Source: Thermoleophilia bacterium
GTDB lineage: Bacteria; Actinomycetota; Thermoleophilia; RBG-16-64-13
Assembly: GCA_040772905.1 (NCBI GenBank)
Contig: JAXGXJ010000010.1
Location: forward strand, 26,701-90,700
Length of the DNA stretch: 64,000 nt
Reading direction: 5' to 3'
A program made the translations under genes and the position numbers. Below, one piece after another: positions 1 to 10,003 of the stretch; the stretch's first letter is position 1, and each line of letters opens with the position of its first letter. The notes beneath the pieces were generated by a model. That model had not been told where the DNA came from, did no database searches, and saw only the letters and a program-made list of their open reading frames with translations.

Positions 1-685
1 GTGAATCCAGCATCAAAACCACCGCGGCCACGATGTCGCGCACGTGGCAGTAGGGACGCCAGAACTGCGGCCCATAGATCTCCAGCTCCCCCTTGAGAAG
101 CGCGTCGCGGGCGAACTCGTTGATGGTCAGGTCGAAGCGGGGGCGCAGGGAAAGCCCGTAGACGGTGGCAAAACGCAGGATGGTGTAGTCCACGGGAGTC
201 GAGCGCCCCAGCAGGAACTCCTCGAAACGCACCTTCAGCTCCGCGTAAAGACTCACGGGGCGCAGAGGGGCGTCTTCGGTGAGCATGACGTCTTCGGCCA
301 TCTTGCCGTAGTTGCTGCACGTGGAGGAGAACAGGAAGCGGCGTACACCGTTCCGTTCGCACAGCTGGAAAAGGTTCCTTGAACCCTCCCAGATAGTGCG
401 GGTGGCTAGCTCCGGCTGAGCCCTACAGGCCGGATCGCCCACGATGGAAGCTAGATGCACCACAGCGTCGAAGCGGGAGCGGACGAATATCGGCTCCAGC
501 TGGTCCGTATCGGTGATGTCGACCTTGTGGACGGTGAAGGAGGGCAGCGTCTGCAGGTCGATCAGAGCTTCGCCCCCGAACAGCATGGCGTCGACCACCG
601 TCACCTTGTGGCCTTGAGCCAGGAGTTCACGGGCGAGGGCCGAGCCTATGTATCCAGCTCCACCGGTTATGAGAACATTGCTCAT
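1..685 (-). CDS. NAD-dependent epimerase/dehydratase (extended SDR); C-terminus lies outside the window
   Basis: Absent from the ORF track because it has no stop in the window. Reverse complement from ATG at 685-683 reads MSNVLITGGAGYIGSALARELLAQGHKVTVVDA (GxxGxxG Rossmann) and later SLYAELK (YxxxK). Confidence 0.8.
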   Translation of the reverse strand, partial: MSNVLITGGAGYIGSALARELLAQGHKVTVVDAMLFGGEALIDLQTLPSFTVHKVDITDTDQLEPIFVRSRFDAVVHLASIVGDPACRAQPELATRTIWEGSRNLFQLCERNGVRRFLFSSTCSNYGKMAEDVMLTEDAPLRPVSLYAELKVRFEEFLLGRSTPVDYTILRFATVYGLSLRPRFDLTINEFARDALLKGELEIYGPQFWRPYCHVRDIVAAVVLMLDS

Positions 686-973
686 ATCGCGTCCTAGGTC
701 GGTCTTGAGGCTTCTATAGAGTCTACCAGCAGGATGAACTGCGCCGGCTCAAGATTCTGATAGCTCGCATCAGGTTATCGGCGTTTGAAGAGAGAGAGTT
801 GACGAAGGCGTTGGAGGTTAGGCTCAATTGTCATCGACCACACGGTCGAGCCTTCTCGTTCCTGCCAACAAGACAGGCTCATCTTCCGTGGTCTGAAGCC
901 GATGAAAGTGTTGACTCTTGTGCGGAGATACACAAGCTGCACGCCTAACGGCGAGAGCGAGAGGAGCAACAAG

Positions 974-1549
974 ATGAGAATCACTATGGAGTCCCAGCAC
1001 TTGAACGGGCTGAAGGTGATCATCCCCGGGATATTCGAAGATGAGCGAGGGTTCTTCTCCGAAGTGTACCGGCAGGACCAGTTTGAGGAACTGGGACTTC
1101 CGGGCGTATTTGTCCAAGAGAACCACTCTCGCTCGCTCAAGGGAGTAGTCCGAGGGCTGCACTTCCAGTGGGACCCTCCCATGGGCAAGCTCATGAGAGT
1201 CACCGTGGGCCACGCGTATCTCGTCTCAGTAGACATCAGGCTGGGTTCGCCCACCCTGGGTAGGTGGCATGGTGTCGAGGTGTCGGCTGAAAACAGGAGG
1301 CAGGTGTGGGCCCCAGCCGGCTTCGCTCGAGGCTTCTGTGCGCTGTCCGAAGCGCTGGAGATCCAGTACAAGTGCACGGGGATCTACAACGGAAATGCCG
1401 AGTCTGGCATACGCTGGAATGATCCAGCCATTGGTATCGATTGGCCGGTGATCGATCCCATCGTGTCCGAGAAAGATGCGACAAGTCAATCCCTCGCCGA
1501 ATGGCTTGCCAGACCCGAGGCCCGCCACTTCAAGTATGCTCAGCCCTAG
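974..1549 (+). CDS. rmlC: dTDP-4-dehydrorhamnose 3,5-epimerase
   Basis: ORF 902..1549. The sequence LKVIIPGIFEDERGFFSEVY...VRGLHFQ is typical RmlC. GAGGAG lies 7 nt upstream of the ATG at 974; an alternative ATG is at 986. Confidence 0.88.
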   Translation: MRITMESQHLNGLKVIIPGIFEDERGFFSEVYRQDQFEELGLPGVFVQENHSRSLKGVVRGLHFQWDPPMGKLMRVTVGHAYLVSVDIRLGSPTLGRWHGVEVSAENRRQVWAPAGFARGFCALSEALEIQYKCTGIYNGNAESGIRWNDPAIGIDWPVIDPIVSEKDATSQSLAEWLARPEARHFKYAQP

Positions 1550-1565
1550 GAACAGAGGAGGCTCA

Positions 1566-2531
1566 ATGTCGCCCAATATCTTGCTGGCCGGCGGAGCTGG
1601 GTACATCGGTTCCGCACTGGCTCCTGCCCTTGTCGACAGAGGGTACGGTCTCACGGTCGTCGATCTTCTCTGGTTCGGCAATCATCTGCCCCCTGACGTG
1701 CCGGTGATCCAGAAGGATGTCTTCGACCTCACCGTGACAGACTTGGAGGGCTTCGATCAGGTGGTCTTCCTAGCTGGGCTATCCAACGACCCCATGGCAG
1801 AATACTCACCGAGCAAGAACTTCGTCTTTAACGCGGCTGCACCAGCCTATTTGGCCTACACTGCCAAACTGGCAGGGGTCAAACGCTTCATTTACGCCGG
1901 TTCGTGTTCCGTATACGGGTACACGGTCAACGAGCTTTATGACGAGACCTCCCCGGCAGTTTCGAGACACCCCTACGGGATCTCCAAACTGCAGGGAGAG
2001 CAGGCTGCAATGCAGTTGTGCGACGAGAGCTTCTCTGTGATTTGCTTCAGGCAGGGTACTGTGAGCGGGTACAGCCCGCGCATGCGCCTTGATCTCATAG
2101 TGAACACCATGTTTAAATCTTCGGTTCAAGACAAGAAGATCACTGTGAATAACCCATCGATTTGGCGGCCGATTTTGAGCATAAGAGATGCTGTGAGTGC
2201 TTACATACGTGCTGTTGAGGCCAGTGAAGATATATCCGGTGTTTTCAATATCGCCTCAGGAAATTATACAGTCGGTGAAACTGCTGACATCATAAGAGAC
2301 GTCGTTGAGAATAGATTGGGTTATAAACTTAAGCTCGATATAAATCACAGGCAAGATTTTCGTAATTATAAAGTAAGCTTTGAAAAGTCAATGAATATAC
2401 TAAGTTTCAAGCCCTCTCATGACGTTAATTCTATCACCAATCATCTGATTGATAACTGGGAACTGTTTAGAGACGTTGATAATCCCATCTACTACAACAT
2501 CAAGGTGTTCGAATCTCTGGAAATGCGTTGA
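1566..2531 (+). CDS. NAD-dependent epimerase/dehydratase (SDR); the 3' third is low GC
   Basis: ORF 1476..2531. GGAGG precedes the ATG at 1566. N-terminus MSPNILLAGGAGYIGSALAPALVDRG; YGISK matches YxxxK. Confidence 0.85.
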   Translation: MSPNILLAGGAGYIGSALAPALVDRGYGLTVVDLLWFGNHLPPDVPVIQKDVFDLTVTDLEGFDQVVFLAGLSNDPMAEYSPSKNFVFNAAAPAYLAYTAKLAGVKRFIYAGSCSVYGYTVNELYDETSPAVSRHPYGISKLQGEQAAMQLCDESFSVICFRQGTVSGYSPRMRLDLIVNTMFKSSVQDKKITVNNPSIWRPILSIRDAVSAYIRAVEASEDISGVFNIASGNYTVGETADIIRDVVENRLGYKLKLDINHRQDFRNYKVSFEKSMNILSFKPSHDVNSITNHLIDNWELFRDVDNPIYYNIKVFESLEMR

Positions 2532-2554
2532 AATCCCCGGAGGACCATAGTCTC

Positions 2555-3427
2555 ATGAGAGCAGCCGTCATAGGTGCCAACGGTCAACTCGGTAGCGACC
2601 TAGTGCTGGAATGCATGAGGCGCGGTTGGGAGACAGTGTCGTTCACTCATGACCAGGTCATGGTTGAGGATTTAGAGTCTGTCCGGCGCGCTTTCGACCA
2701 GGCTGTCCCAGATGTAATATTCAACACTGCCGCCTTCCACAACGTCCCCAAATGCGAGCAGGAGCCCGAGCGGTCGTTCGCTGTCAACGCTCTGGGCGCC
2801 CGTAATGTTGCGCTGCTTGGTGAAGAGATGGGGGCGGCCACGGTCTTCTACAGCACCGACTATGTCTTTGACGGCGCGAAGCTTCAGCCCTATGTTGAAG
2901 ATGATCTGCCAGGGCCCCTGAATGTCTACGGTGTTAGCAAGTTGGCTGGCGAGCACTTCAGCCGCAGCCTCACATCCCAGGGCCTTGTCCTTCGCATTTC
3001 TGGCCTCTTCGGCAAGGTCCTTTGCAGGGCGAAAGGCGGCAACTTCGTCACCACAATGGCCAGAGCGGCCAGAGACCGGCCAGAGGTAAGAGTGGTAGAC
3101 GACGAGGTGCTTTCGCCCACTCCCACGAGGGAGATTGCTCGGGTAAGCGTCGACCTCGTGGAAATCGGCGCAACGGGTCTCTATCACGTGGCGAGCGAAG
3201 GGCAGTGCTCCTGGTACGATTTCGCCAGAGTGATCTTCGATACGCTCAAGTTCAATACTCCCTTGCTGCCGTGCAGCGCCGCGGAGTTACCTTCAGCGGT
3301 CAGGCGGCCGTCATATTCGGCTCTTGATAGCACCAGGCTGGCGAACCTGAGCATAAGCCCGCCACTCCATTGGCGGGATGGCTTGGTGCGCTTTCTCCAA
3401 GAGGAATGGACCGGTCTCGGCACCTAG
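2555..3427 (+). CDS. rmlD: dTDP-4-dehydrorhamnose reductase
   Basis: MRAAVIGANGQLGSDL N-terminus, STDYVFDG and YGVSKLAGE motifs. ORF 2528..3427 trimmed to the internal ATG. Confidence 0.85.
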   Translation: MRAAVIGANGQLGSDLVLECMRRGWETVSFTHDQVMVEDLESVRRAFDQAVPDVIFNTAAFHNVPKCEQEPERSFAVNALGARNVALLGEEMGAATVFYSTDYVFDGAKLQPYVEDDLPGPLNVYGVSKLAGEHFSRSLTSQGLVLRISGLFGKVLCRAKGGNFVTTMARAARDRPEVRVVDDEVLSPTPTREIARVSVDLVEIGATGLYHVASEGQCSWYDFARVIFDTLKFNTPLLPCSAAELPSAVRRPSYSALDSTRLANLSISPPLHWRDGLVRFLQEEWTGLGT

Positions 3428-3440
3428 TCCAGCAACGCTC

Positions 3441-4496
3441 ATGAAGAAGAAGTCAATCGTCATACTAGGCCCCGCCTTTGGCCAATTCCCGCAGATGGTC
3501 GCCAAAGGATTCCGCCAGAATGGTTTCTCAGCCGAGTGCTTCTGTTATGCGGAACCACCCGATGGTATGCTACAACGTCTGGTGTGGGAGCATCTACCCC
3601 GGGTACGCGTCCACGCCTTCAGACGAGCGGCGCTGGAGCGCGTACTCAGACGGGTCTCAAAGGCCTGCGAGGACGCTGCTTCATTGCTGGTCATAAAGGG
3701 TGATGCAATCCCCGTCGACAGATACTCCGTGCTTCTAACCAGCGTGAAATGCCCGAAGGTCTACTGGATGATGGACAGCCTCCGCGGCATCAAAGATGGG
3801 CTGGCGAGGGCACGTTTGGCTGACATGATCTTGTCGTTTGAAGGCACCGACAGTCCGGCAGTAGGCAGCCTTCCTGTCCCGCATCAATTGGTCGCACTCG
3901 CAGTCGACCCGGACCAGTACTTCCCGATAGGCTCGGCCCAGCGGTGGGCACTGTCATTCGTCGGCGCGCTTTATCCGAACCGCCTCGCCATGCTCGATTC
4001 GATTCTGTCAGATACGCGATTCTCGCAGGAGCTGCATGCGCGCATAGTCGGGGATTATCGCTCCGAGATTAACCCTTTCCGCACCAGACGACTGCTGCAC
4101 GCGTATCCCTCCGTTGCGCCCTACCTACAACAGGCGACTCATTGGCCGCATGAACGCATCAACAGTCTGAACAACGAGAGCCGCGTTTGCCTCAACATCT
4201 TCCACCCGCAGTCCGTGGACAGCGTCAACCCTCGGGTCTTCGAGATCTGCGGCAGCGGGGCTTTCCAACTCTGCCAGGCCAACGCTGCGGTGGGAAGGTA
4301 CTTGGATCTGGGCCGCGAGGTGGAGGTGTTCGAGACTGCCGAGGAGGCTGCGGACAAGGCGTTCTACTACCTTAATCATGACGCTGCGGCCAGACGGATC
4401 GCTGCAGCCGGCCGACGAAGGGTTCTAGCCGAGCATACGTACAAGACCCGGGTTGGTCAGATAATCCAAGGACTGAAGAGGAACGGAGTCTTTTGA
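3441..4496 (+). CDS. Putative glycosyltransferase, CgeB-like
   Basis: ORF 3378..4496 trimmed to MKKKSIVILGP. The C-terminal block NPRVFEICGSGAFQL...AEHTYKTRV resembles the CgeB-family glycosyltransferase C-terminus. Confidence 0.6.
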   Translation: MKKKSIVILGPAFGQFPQMVAKGFRQNGFSAECFCYAEPPDGMLQRLVWEHLPRVRVHAFRRAALERVLRRVSKACEDAASLLVIKGDAIPVDRYSVLLTSVKCPKVYWMMDSLRGIKDGLARARLADMILSFEGTDSPAVGSLPVPHQLVALAVDPDQYFPIGSAQRWALSFVGALYPNRLAMLDSILSDTRFSQELHARIVGDYRSEINPFRTRRLLHAYPSVAPYLQQATHWPHERINSLNNESRVCLNIFHPQSVDSVNPRVFEICGSGAFQLCQANAAVGRYLDLGREVEVFETAEEAADKAFYYLNHDAAARRIAAAGRRRVLAEHTYKTRVGQIIQGLKRNGVF

Positions 4497-4512
4497 ACCC
4501 AGCGGGAGCAAC

Positions 4513-5604
4513 ATGAAAATCCTGTTCCTGATCTCCACGCTTGGTCTCGGCGGAGCCGAGAAACAGCTCGTCGCCTGTGCGGACATCCTGCAGCGCGAGA
4601 TTGGAGCTCGGGTCTGCGTCGCCTCCTTCGACGAGACCAGAACAGAGCGCCTGCCGGCACTCGAGAACCTAGGCGTGCCCGTGATGATTGCCGGACGGGA
4701 CCAGGACATGCCCAGGAGGATCCAACGAGTTGTCTCCTTCGCGAGGAAAAGCCGGCCGGATGTGGTCCACGCCTTCAGCTTCTCACTCTCTCCTTTGGCA
4801 CTCGTGACCGCAATGACCGTCAACGCTGCGCCCGCTGCATCCTTTCAGGGCGATGGTGTGTCGGATCTCGAGGGTCGGAATGCGCTGTTGACGCGCGGGA
4901 CCTTCGCGTTCGTCAACTACTACACCTCCAATTCCCATGAGGCAATCGCCCGAGTGAAGCCGCGTATGCGCCCGCGAGCGCTGGTGCAGTACGTTCCAAA
5001 CCTGGTGGCCCCTCCGGCCCAGACGATGGAAGGATCGAGGCTACCAAGGAAGAGTGGCGAGTTGACGGTCCTCTCTGTCGGTCGCATGGACGATAACAAA
5101 CGGCTGGGCGTGTTCTTGCAGGCTCTGGCCGCGGCCAGGACGCTGGAGCCGCAGCTCACCGGTGTGATCGTGGGCGACGGGCCCGCGCGCCCCGGCCTGA
5201 TGGAACAGGCAGCGAGCCTCGGGCTGTTACCCCAGGGCGTGCGATTCACGGGGCAACTCCTCGATCCTTCTAGTAGCTACGCAGATGCCGACATGTTCGT
5301 CCATCTGGCCATTAGTGAGGGCACACCCAACGTAGTCCTGGAGGCCATGGCTATGGGATTGCCGGTCGTGGCCACTGGAGCTGGAGATCTCTGTCGCATC
5401 ATCCGACCGGGCCAGAACGGCTTCCTGGTGCCCTTCGATGACGTACCGGCAACCGCGCAACGTCTGGTAGAGTTGGCCCGAGCGCCCGAACTCCGCATGC
5501 GCCTGGGAGGAGAAGGGCGTAGGGACGTGCTCAAGTCGTTTGGCTCCGCAGAAGTAAGGCGATCACTGGAACGCTTCTACACCGCTGTCGCGAGTCGGGT
5601 TTGA
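4513..5604 (+). CDS. Glycosyltransferase family 4 (GT-B)
   Basis: MKILFLISTLGLGGAEKQ N-terminus and the EGTPNVVLEAMAMGLPVVAT Ex7E motif. Confidence 0.85.
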   Translation: MKILFLISTLGLGGAEKQLVACADILQREIGARVCVASFDETRTERLPALENLGVPVMIAGRDQDMPRRIQRVVSFARKSRPDVVHAFSFSLSPLALVTAMTVNAAPAASFQGDGVSDLEGRNALLTRGTFAFVNYYTSNSHEAIARVKPRMRPRALVQYVPNLVAPPAQTMEGSRLPRKSGELTVLSVGRMDDNKRLGVFLQALAAARTLEPQLTGVIVGDGPARPGLMEQAASLGLLPQGVRFTGQLLDPSSSYADADMFVHLAISEGTPNVVLEAMAMGLPVVATGAGDLCRIIRPGQNGFLVPFDDVPATAQRLVELARAPELRMRLGGEGRRDVLKSFGSAEVRRSLERFYTAVASRV

Positions 5605-5659
5605 ATCACTTCGGGCCCGCCCCGTGCCGCGCCCTTCATCCGCGTGCCTTGGCACATCA

Positions 5660-7009
5660 TCAGCGTCGGGCGGCCGCAAGACGGATTGCCCGGATGTGGC
5701 GCCGCCATGCCGGTACTTGGCCACGCAGACCCGCGGCGACTGTTCCCGACCGAAGACTGAAAACGTACGGTGTCACTTCATCGAATGGGACTGCTCGGAT
5801 GAACTCCATCGTCCTTCGGAAGTCCGCTTCTGTCTCTCCGGGAAACCCGCAAATGAAGTGTGACCCGAGGAAAACCTCGGGAATCTCGCGCTTGAGAGTC
5901 TGAAGACACACGAGTGCGTCCGATGCGGCATACTCGCGATTCATTGACTTGAGCACGGAGTCGCTGCCAGACTGCACCGGGAATCCTGTGGAGCCTATCT
6001 TGGTCCGATGATTGACGAGGAGCTCCAGAAGTTCTGGGAAATAGCGAATCAGCCAGTGCGGGCCGAAATCTGCCCAACTGATACGAAATCTCCCCTCAGT
6101 ATTCAGCAAGGCCCGCAGCAGATCAACGACGGTGGCACCGCAGTCCTGGCCGTATGCCCCTACGTCCTCCGCGATCAACTCAAACTCTTCGAAACCGAGG
6201 GCAAGCCCAGACTCCAGTTCAGCGACTATCAACGGTAGGGGCTTCGAACAGAGTTCGCCAGTGGCCAGCCGGATCGCACAGTAGGTGCACGCACTCTTGC
6301 AGCCGGTTGCCACACGAATTCGATAAGGTGTGCCATTGGACAGGGCGTTCACGGTCGATGTGCCCCCCAGCCGGTTACGAAGACCGAGAAGGCGATACAG
6401 TGGGATCAGCGGCAAAGTCTGGCGATCAGTGGCGCGAGCGGCGAGACGCGCACGGATTCCAAAACAGGCCTCACAAGACAGAAGGTCCTCCTCGAACACG
6501 TTCGGATCGGCAATCTGTGCGAGCGGCACATCGGCGGAGACCAAGAGTTCCAGTCTCTCCAGTTCGTCCCTAGTCAGCGGCATGATTCCAGGCATGCCGG
6601 ACAGCCTTACGCGAGCTATGCCCGAGATGCAGCCCGTCAGTACGATGGGAGCGTCTTTTCGTCTGTTCTGACGAGCGTGTCGGACCGAACGAAGGTAGGA
6701 CAGAGTCGCCTTTTCCTTTTCATCTGTGAAGGCGCAGCCGGCAATGACAACGATGTCCGCTTCCTCGTACTGCGTTGTCAGAGACCAACCGTTCGTCAGG
6801 AAAAAATCCTTGATGCGCTCAAGATCCATGCGAGCGCGTGGGCAGCCGTTGACTTGCGTCAAACATACAGTCCCGCAGTCTGGCTCCACTGCGGACTCTG
6901 CCCTCCTGTCGTCCAGGTTGCTGACGCTCACCACCGCTCCCCCCGAACCCCGTTTGTCGTGAATGCGATCGACCCCCACCCTAGTGAGAACATCGGCAGA
7001 AGTAAACAC
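5660..7009 (-). CDS. Radical SAM protein with MiaB/RimO-like methylthiotransferase N-terminal domain
   Basis: Three spaced Cys in an MTTase-type N-domain (VNGCPRARMD, IAGCAFT, LTGCISG), then the CxxxCxxC radical SAM motif ATGCKSACTYCAI. The exact start is uncertain because the N-terminal approximately 45 aa are non-conserved. Confidence 0.75.
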   Translation of the reverse strand: MFTSADVLTRVGVDRIHDKRGSGGAVVSVSNLDDRRAESAVEPDCGTVCLTQVNGCPRARMDLERIKDFFLTNGWSLTTQYEEADIVVIAGCAFTDEKEKATLSYLRSVRHARQNRRKDAPIVLTGCISGIARVRLSGMPGIMPLTRDELERLELLVSADVPLAQIADPNVFEEDLLSCEACFGIRARLAARATDRQTLPLIPLYRLLGLRNRLGGTSTVNALSNGTPYRIRVATGCKSACTYCAIRLATGELCSKPLPLIVAELESGLALGFEEFELIAEDVGAYGQDCGATVVDLLRALLNTEGRFRISWADFGPHWLIRYFPELLELLVNHRTKIGSTGFPVQSGSDSVLKSMNREYAASDALVCLQTLKREIPEVFLGSHFICGFPGETEADFRRTMEFIRAVPFDEVTPYVFSLRSGTVAAGLRGQVPAWRRHIRAIRLAAARR

Positions 7010-7060
7010 GACTGCGTGGCGACGCCCGCTTTTGTCCTACAGCCATGTGGGTCGATGACT

Positions 7061-8365
7061 TCAACCATCAGCCTCGAGTTCTTTCCTCGTCTCTCGCCTG
7101 CTCGCCCCCAAGTTGAGCCTGTACGTACACGTGGCGGCGGACAGATCGAAGGAGCCTGGTTGCCTCTCAGATACGGTTTCGATCTGGCCGCTCCCGATAT
7201 CAAGCTGAGAACCCAGTTTGGCTGTCGGGCGGGCAACAGAGAGAAGTGCGAGCACGATCCAGAGCTCCTTGTGGGTCACCATATCAAGGGCAGAAGAAGT
7301 AATCATGAGGGTGAGAAAGAGTATGAGGTGAAAAGGGACTCGCTTGCCTCGGCACCTGAGCGCAGGAAGAAGAGCGGCCCCCAGGGCGACGGCCAGCAGC
7401 CCCAACCCGACAACCCCAGTCTCGGCTGCAGTCTGTATCCACAGGTTATGTGACACCCTCGCCTTCCCGATGATCGCCAGAGTGGCTTCCATGAAGCTGC
7501 TAAGACCCATCCCGCCGACCGGGTGTTCGTAGAACATCTGCTGCCCTGCCGCCCAGATCTCTGTGCGACCGGTCAGCGTGGAGAGCGATTCCGTATCCGC
7601 TGAGAAAGTGACCCTTCCGATGTTCTCCTCCAGACCAGGAGCAACCGGCAGTAGGTAGAACACGGCAGCGAAGGTCGCCAGGATTACCGCCGACCACAGA
7701 ACTCGATAGGTAGCTCTCGCGAAGCCAAGCGCGAAGAACACCGCCACCAGCCCCACGCAAGCGGCGATGAACCCAGTCCGGGAGGCGGTGAGAACGACGG
7801 CGAACACGCCTAGCGGAATGCAGGCGACATTGAGCCATCTCAGGGGACCGTGCCGAGTGCTTGTGACCAATAGCAGAGCCATGGGAAAACTCATGGAAAT
7901 CAGACAGGCCGCCTGATTGGGGTCAAAGCCGGCGGGGGCGAAGCGATAGTCGACCACCGATCCGCCGGTGAGGTAGGCGTAAACCAGCACCAGACTTACG
8001 ATGACGCAGCCCAGAACGAAGGCCTGCATCAACTGCAGCCTTTCTCGTTCGCCGACGGCCGCCTCTGCTATCAGCCACACCATAGCCAGCAGCTGGACCA
8101 TGGTCACCATCCCCGCGACGGTCTTGGACGGGTCGAGGCTCCAGAAGTACGTCGTCAGCTGCCAGTAGACGAGTCCAGCGAAGGCGAGGGCGAAGGTGGG
8201 GGGCCGCTTGAACCTACCCTCCGCCAGGCATCTGACAAGCGTCAGCCCGATTGCTGCCATGCCTATGAGGCTACTGGCGGTCTTGGCCCCGCCGATCTCG
8301 ATGGCATTCTCCCAGGGGACGGCGAAAACGAAGACCAGGAGCAGATAGAAACTCAGGCGACGCAC
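7061..8365 (-). CDS. O-antigen ligase / Wzy_C-family polytopic membrane protein (polymerase, ligase or O-oligosaccharyltransferase)
   Basis: 434 aa and about 10-12 hydrophobic helices. The loop motif TASRTGFIAACVGLV is typical of the Wzy_C family. Confidence 0.75.
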   Translation of the reverse strand: MRRLSFYLLLVFVFAVPWENAIEIGGAKTASSLIGMAAIGLTLVRCLAEGRFKRPPTFALAFAGLVYWQLTTYFWSLDPSKTVAGMVTMVQLLAMVWLIAEAAVGERERLQLMQAFVLGCVIVSLVLVYAYLTGGSVVDYRFAPAGFDPNQAACLISMSFPMALLLVTSTRHGPLRWLNVACIPLGVFAVVLTASRTGFIAACVGLVAVFFALGFARATYRVLWSAVILATFAAVFYLLPVAPGLEENIGRVTFSADTESLSTLTGRTEIWAAGQQMFYEHPVGGMGLSSFMEATLAIIGKARVSHNLWIQTAAETGVVGLGLLAVALGAALLPALRCRGKRVPFHLILFLTLMITSSALDMVTHKELWIVLALLSVARPTAKLGSQLDIGSGQIETVSERQPGSFDLSAATCTYRLNLGASRRETRKELEADG

Positions 8366-8401
8366 GAGCTTCTACTCCTGGCCGCTGCGAGTCCCTTGAC
8401 G

Positions 8402-10003
8402 TCACGCCTCGCCATAGTAGCCACCGTAGCGCCGGTAGCGGGATTCCTCACCGGCCATGCCGGTCACAACAAGACCCAGCGGCTTCACTCCCACCCGCTC
8501 CAGACTACGGCGGGTCCTGCGGGCATCGTCCACCCGGGTCAGGCCCCACCTGGCCACCAGGAGCACGCCGTCAACCTCCTTGGAGATCTCCAACGCGTCG
8601 GAGACGAGCAAGAGGGGAGCAGCGTCGACCACGATGTAGTCGCAAATGGCTCGCAGTTCCCTCAACACCTCCCCCGTTCGAGGCATGGCCAGCAGTTCGG
8701 CCGGATTGGGCGGGATGGGACCGGCAGGGACGCACACGAGGTCTCGAGCCGCCGACATTCTGTCCCGATGGCCGTTGCCCTTCACGCCCGCGTTGCCGCC
8801 ATTGCGTTCTGGAAGAAAACGGGTGACCTCCACAATCTGCGCCACATCGTTCACCGTGCTGGTGCCCGCTAGCAGGTCAGTGAAGCCCCTGCGACCGTCG
8901 AGACCCAGGTAGAAGCTCAACACCGGTCTGCGCAGATCAGCCTCGAGCAGCACCACGCGTGCCCCCGACATGGCCAGGCTGAGGGAAAGGTTGATCGCCG
9001 TCACCGACTTGCCCTCGTTGGGTAGAGAGCTGGTGAGGAGAACGCTATTGATATTGCGACCCACTTCGAAGTACTTGAGATTGGAGCGCAGCATTCTGAA
9101 GGCTTCGAGAGTGTTGGCACTCTGCTCCTGGAAACCCACGGAGACGGGTGCCCGGCGTTTGGCCCGGCGCCATCTCCACCCCACCATGGGGATCCTGGCG
9201 ATCACGGGGGCGCCCAGCTCTCTCTCGAACCGTTCCTCGTCCTTGATCCGCCTATCGAGCAGATTGAGAAGGGAGGCCAACATGAGACCCAGAGCCAGAC
9301 CCAACACCAGCCCCACGCCGGCGTCTCGGAGGGGATGCAAGTTGAAGGGCGTAGGAGGAACCACCGCTTCCTGCACCACCTCCCAGCCCCCCGTCTGCAT
9401 CGACTCGAGCACGGTCAACTCCTCAACCTTCTGACTGAGGGTCTGTCCCCGAGTGGAGGCGAGATCTCCGGGCGTCAACGATTCCAGCTGAGCCTCCAAC
9501 TCGGCCCTCGCGTTCGCCAGAACCGCCCGATCAGCCCGCTGGCGATACAGAATGAACTGACGTGCAAACGTATTTGCCACCAAGGCGACCTCGTCCGCAT
9601 CCGAACCCTCACCACGTATCTCCACCGTATTTGCCGAAGAGTTGGGCTTGGTGGTGATCATCTGCTTCAGGGAACTCAAGGAGCGGCGACTGCCCAGCTC
9701 CTGTCTGACCTCTTGGGCCACTTGGTCGAGCTTGATCAGATTTGCCGCGGAGGTGAGCGCCCGGCTTCCATCGTTGACATCGAATACCTGAGTGCCGAAC
9801 AACGCTCGGTCTAATGAAGCGGTCTCCAGCAGGATCATCGCCGTTGCGCGGTACTGAGGGGTAGCCTGCAAGAAGTGGGCCGCGCCAGCCGCAAGACCCA
9901 CGAGCGTCAGAGCGATGATGACCCACTTCCTGTCCCTCAGGATGCGGAGCAACTGGGCGATGCTTATGGACTGTGAATCCGGTTCTTCAGGCCGCCCGGC
10001 CAT
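8402..10003 (-). CDS. Polysaccharide co-polymerase (Wzz) fused to BY-kinase tyrosine autokinase
   Basis: N-terminal TM plus coiled periplasmic region. Walker A SSLPNEGKSVTAINL, Walker A' VLLEADLRRP, Walker B DYIVVDAAP. C-terminal Tyr cluster YRRYGGYYGEA. Confidence 0.88.
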   Translation of the reverse strand: MAGRPEEPDSQSISIAQLLRILRDRKWVIIALTLVGLAAGAAHFLQATPQYRATAMILLETASLDRALFGTQVFDVNDGSRALTSAANLIKLDQVAQEVRQELGSRRSLSSLKQMITTKPNSSANTVEIRGEGSDADEVALVANTFARQFILYRQRADRAVLANARAELEAQLESLTPGDLASTRGQTLSQKVEELTVLESMQTGGWEVVQEAVVPPTPFNLHPLRDAGVGLVLGLALGLMLASLLNLLDRRIKDEERFERELGAPVIARIPMVGWRWRRAKRRAPVSVGFQEQSANTLEAFRMLRSNLKYFEVGRNINSVLLTSSLPNEGKSVTAINLSLSLAMSGARVVLLEADLRRPVLSFYLGLDGRRGFTDLLAGTSTVNDVAQIVEVTRFLPERNGGNAGVKGNGHRDRMSAARDLVCVPAGPIPPNPAELLAMPRTGEVLRELRAICDYIVVDAAPLLLVSDALEISKEVDGVLLVARWGLTRVDDARRTRRSLERVGVKPLGLVVTGMAGEESRYRRYGGYYGEA

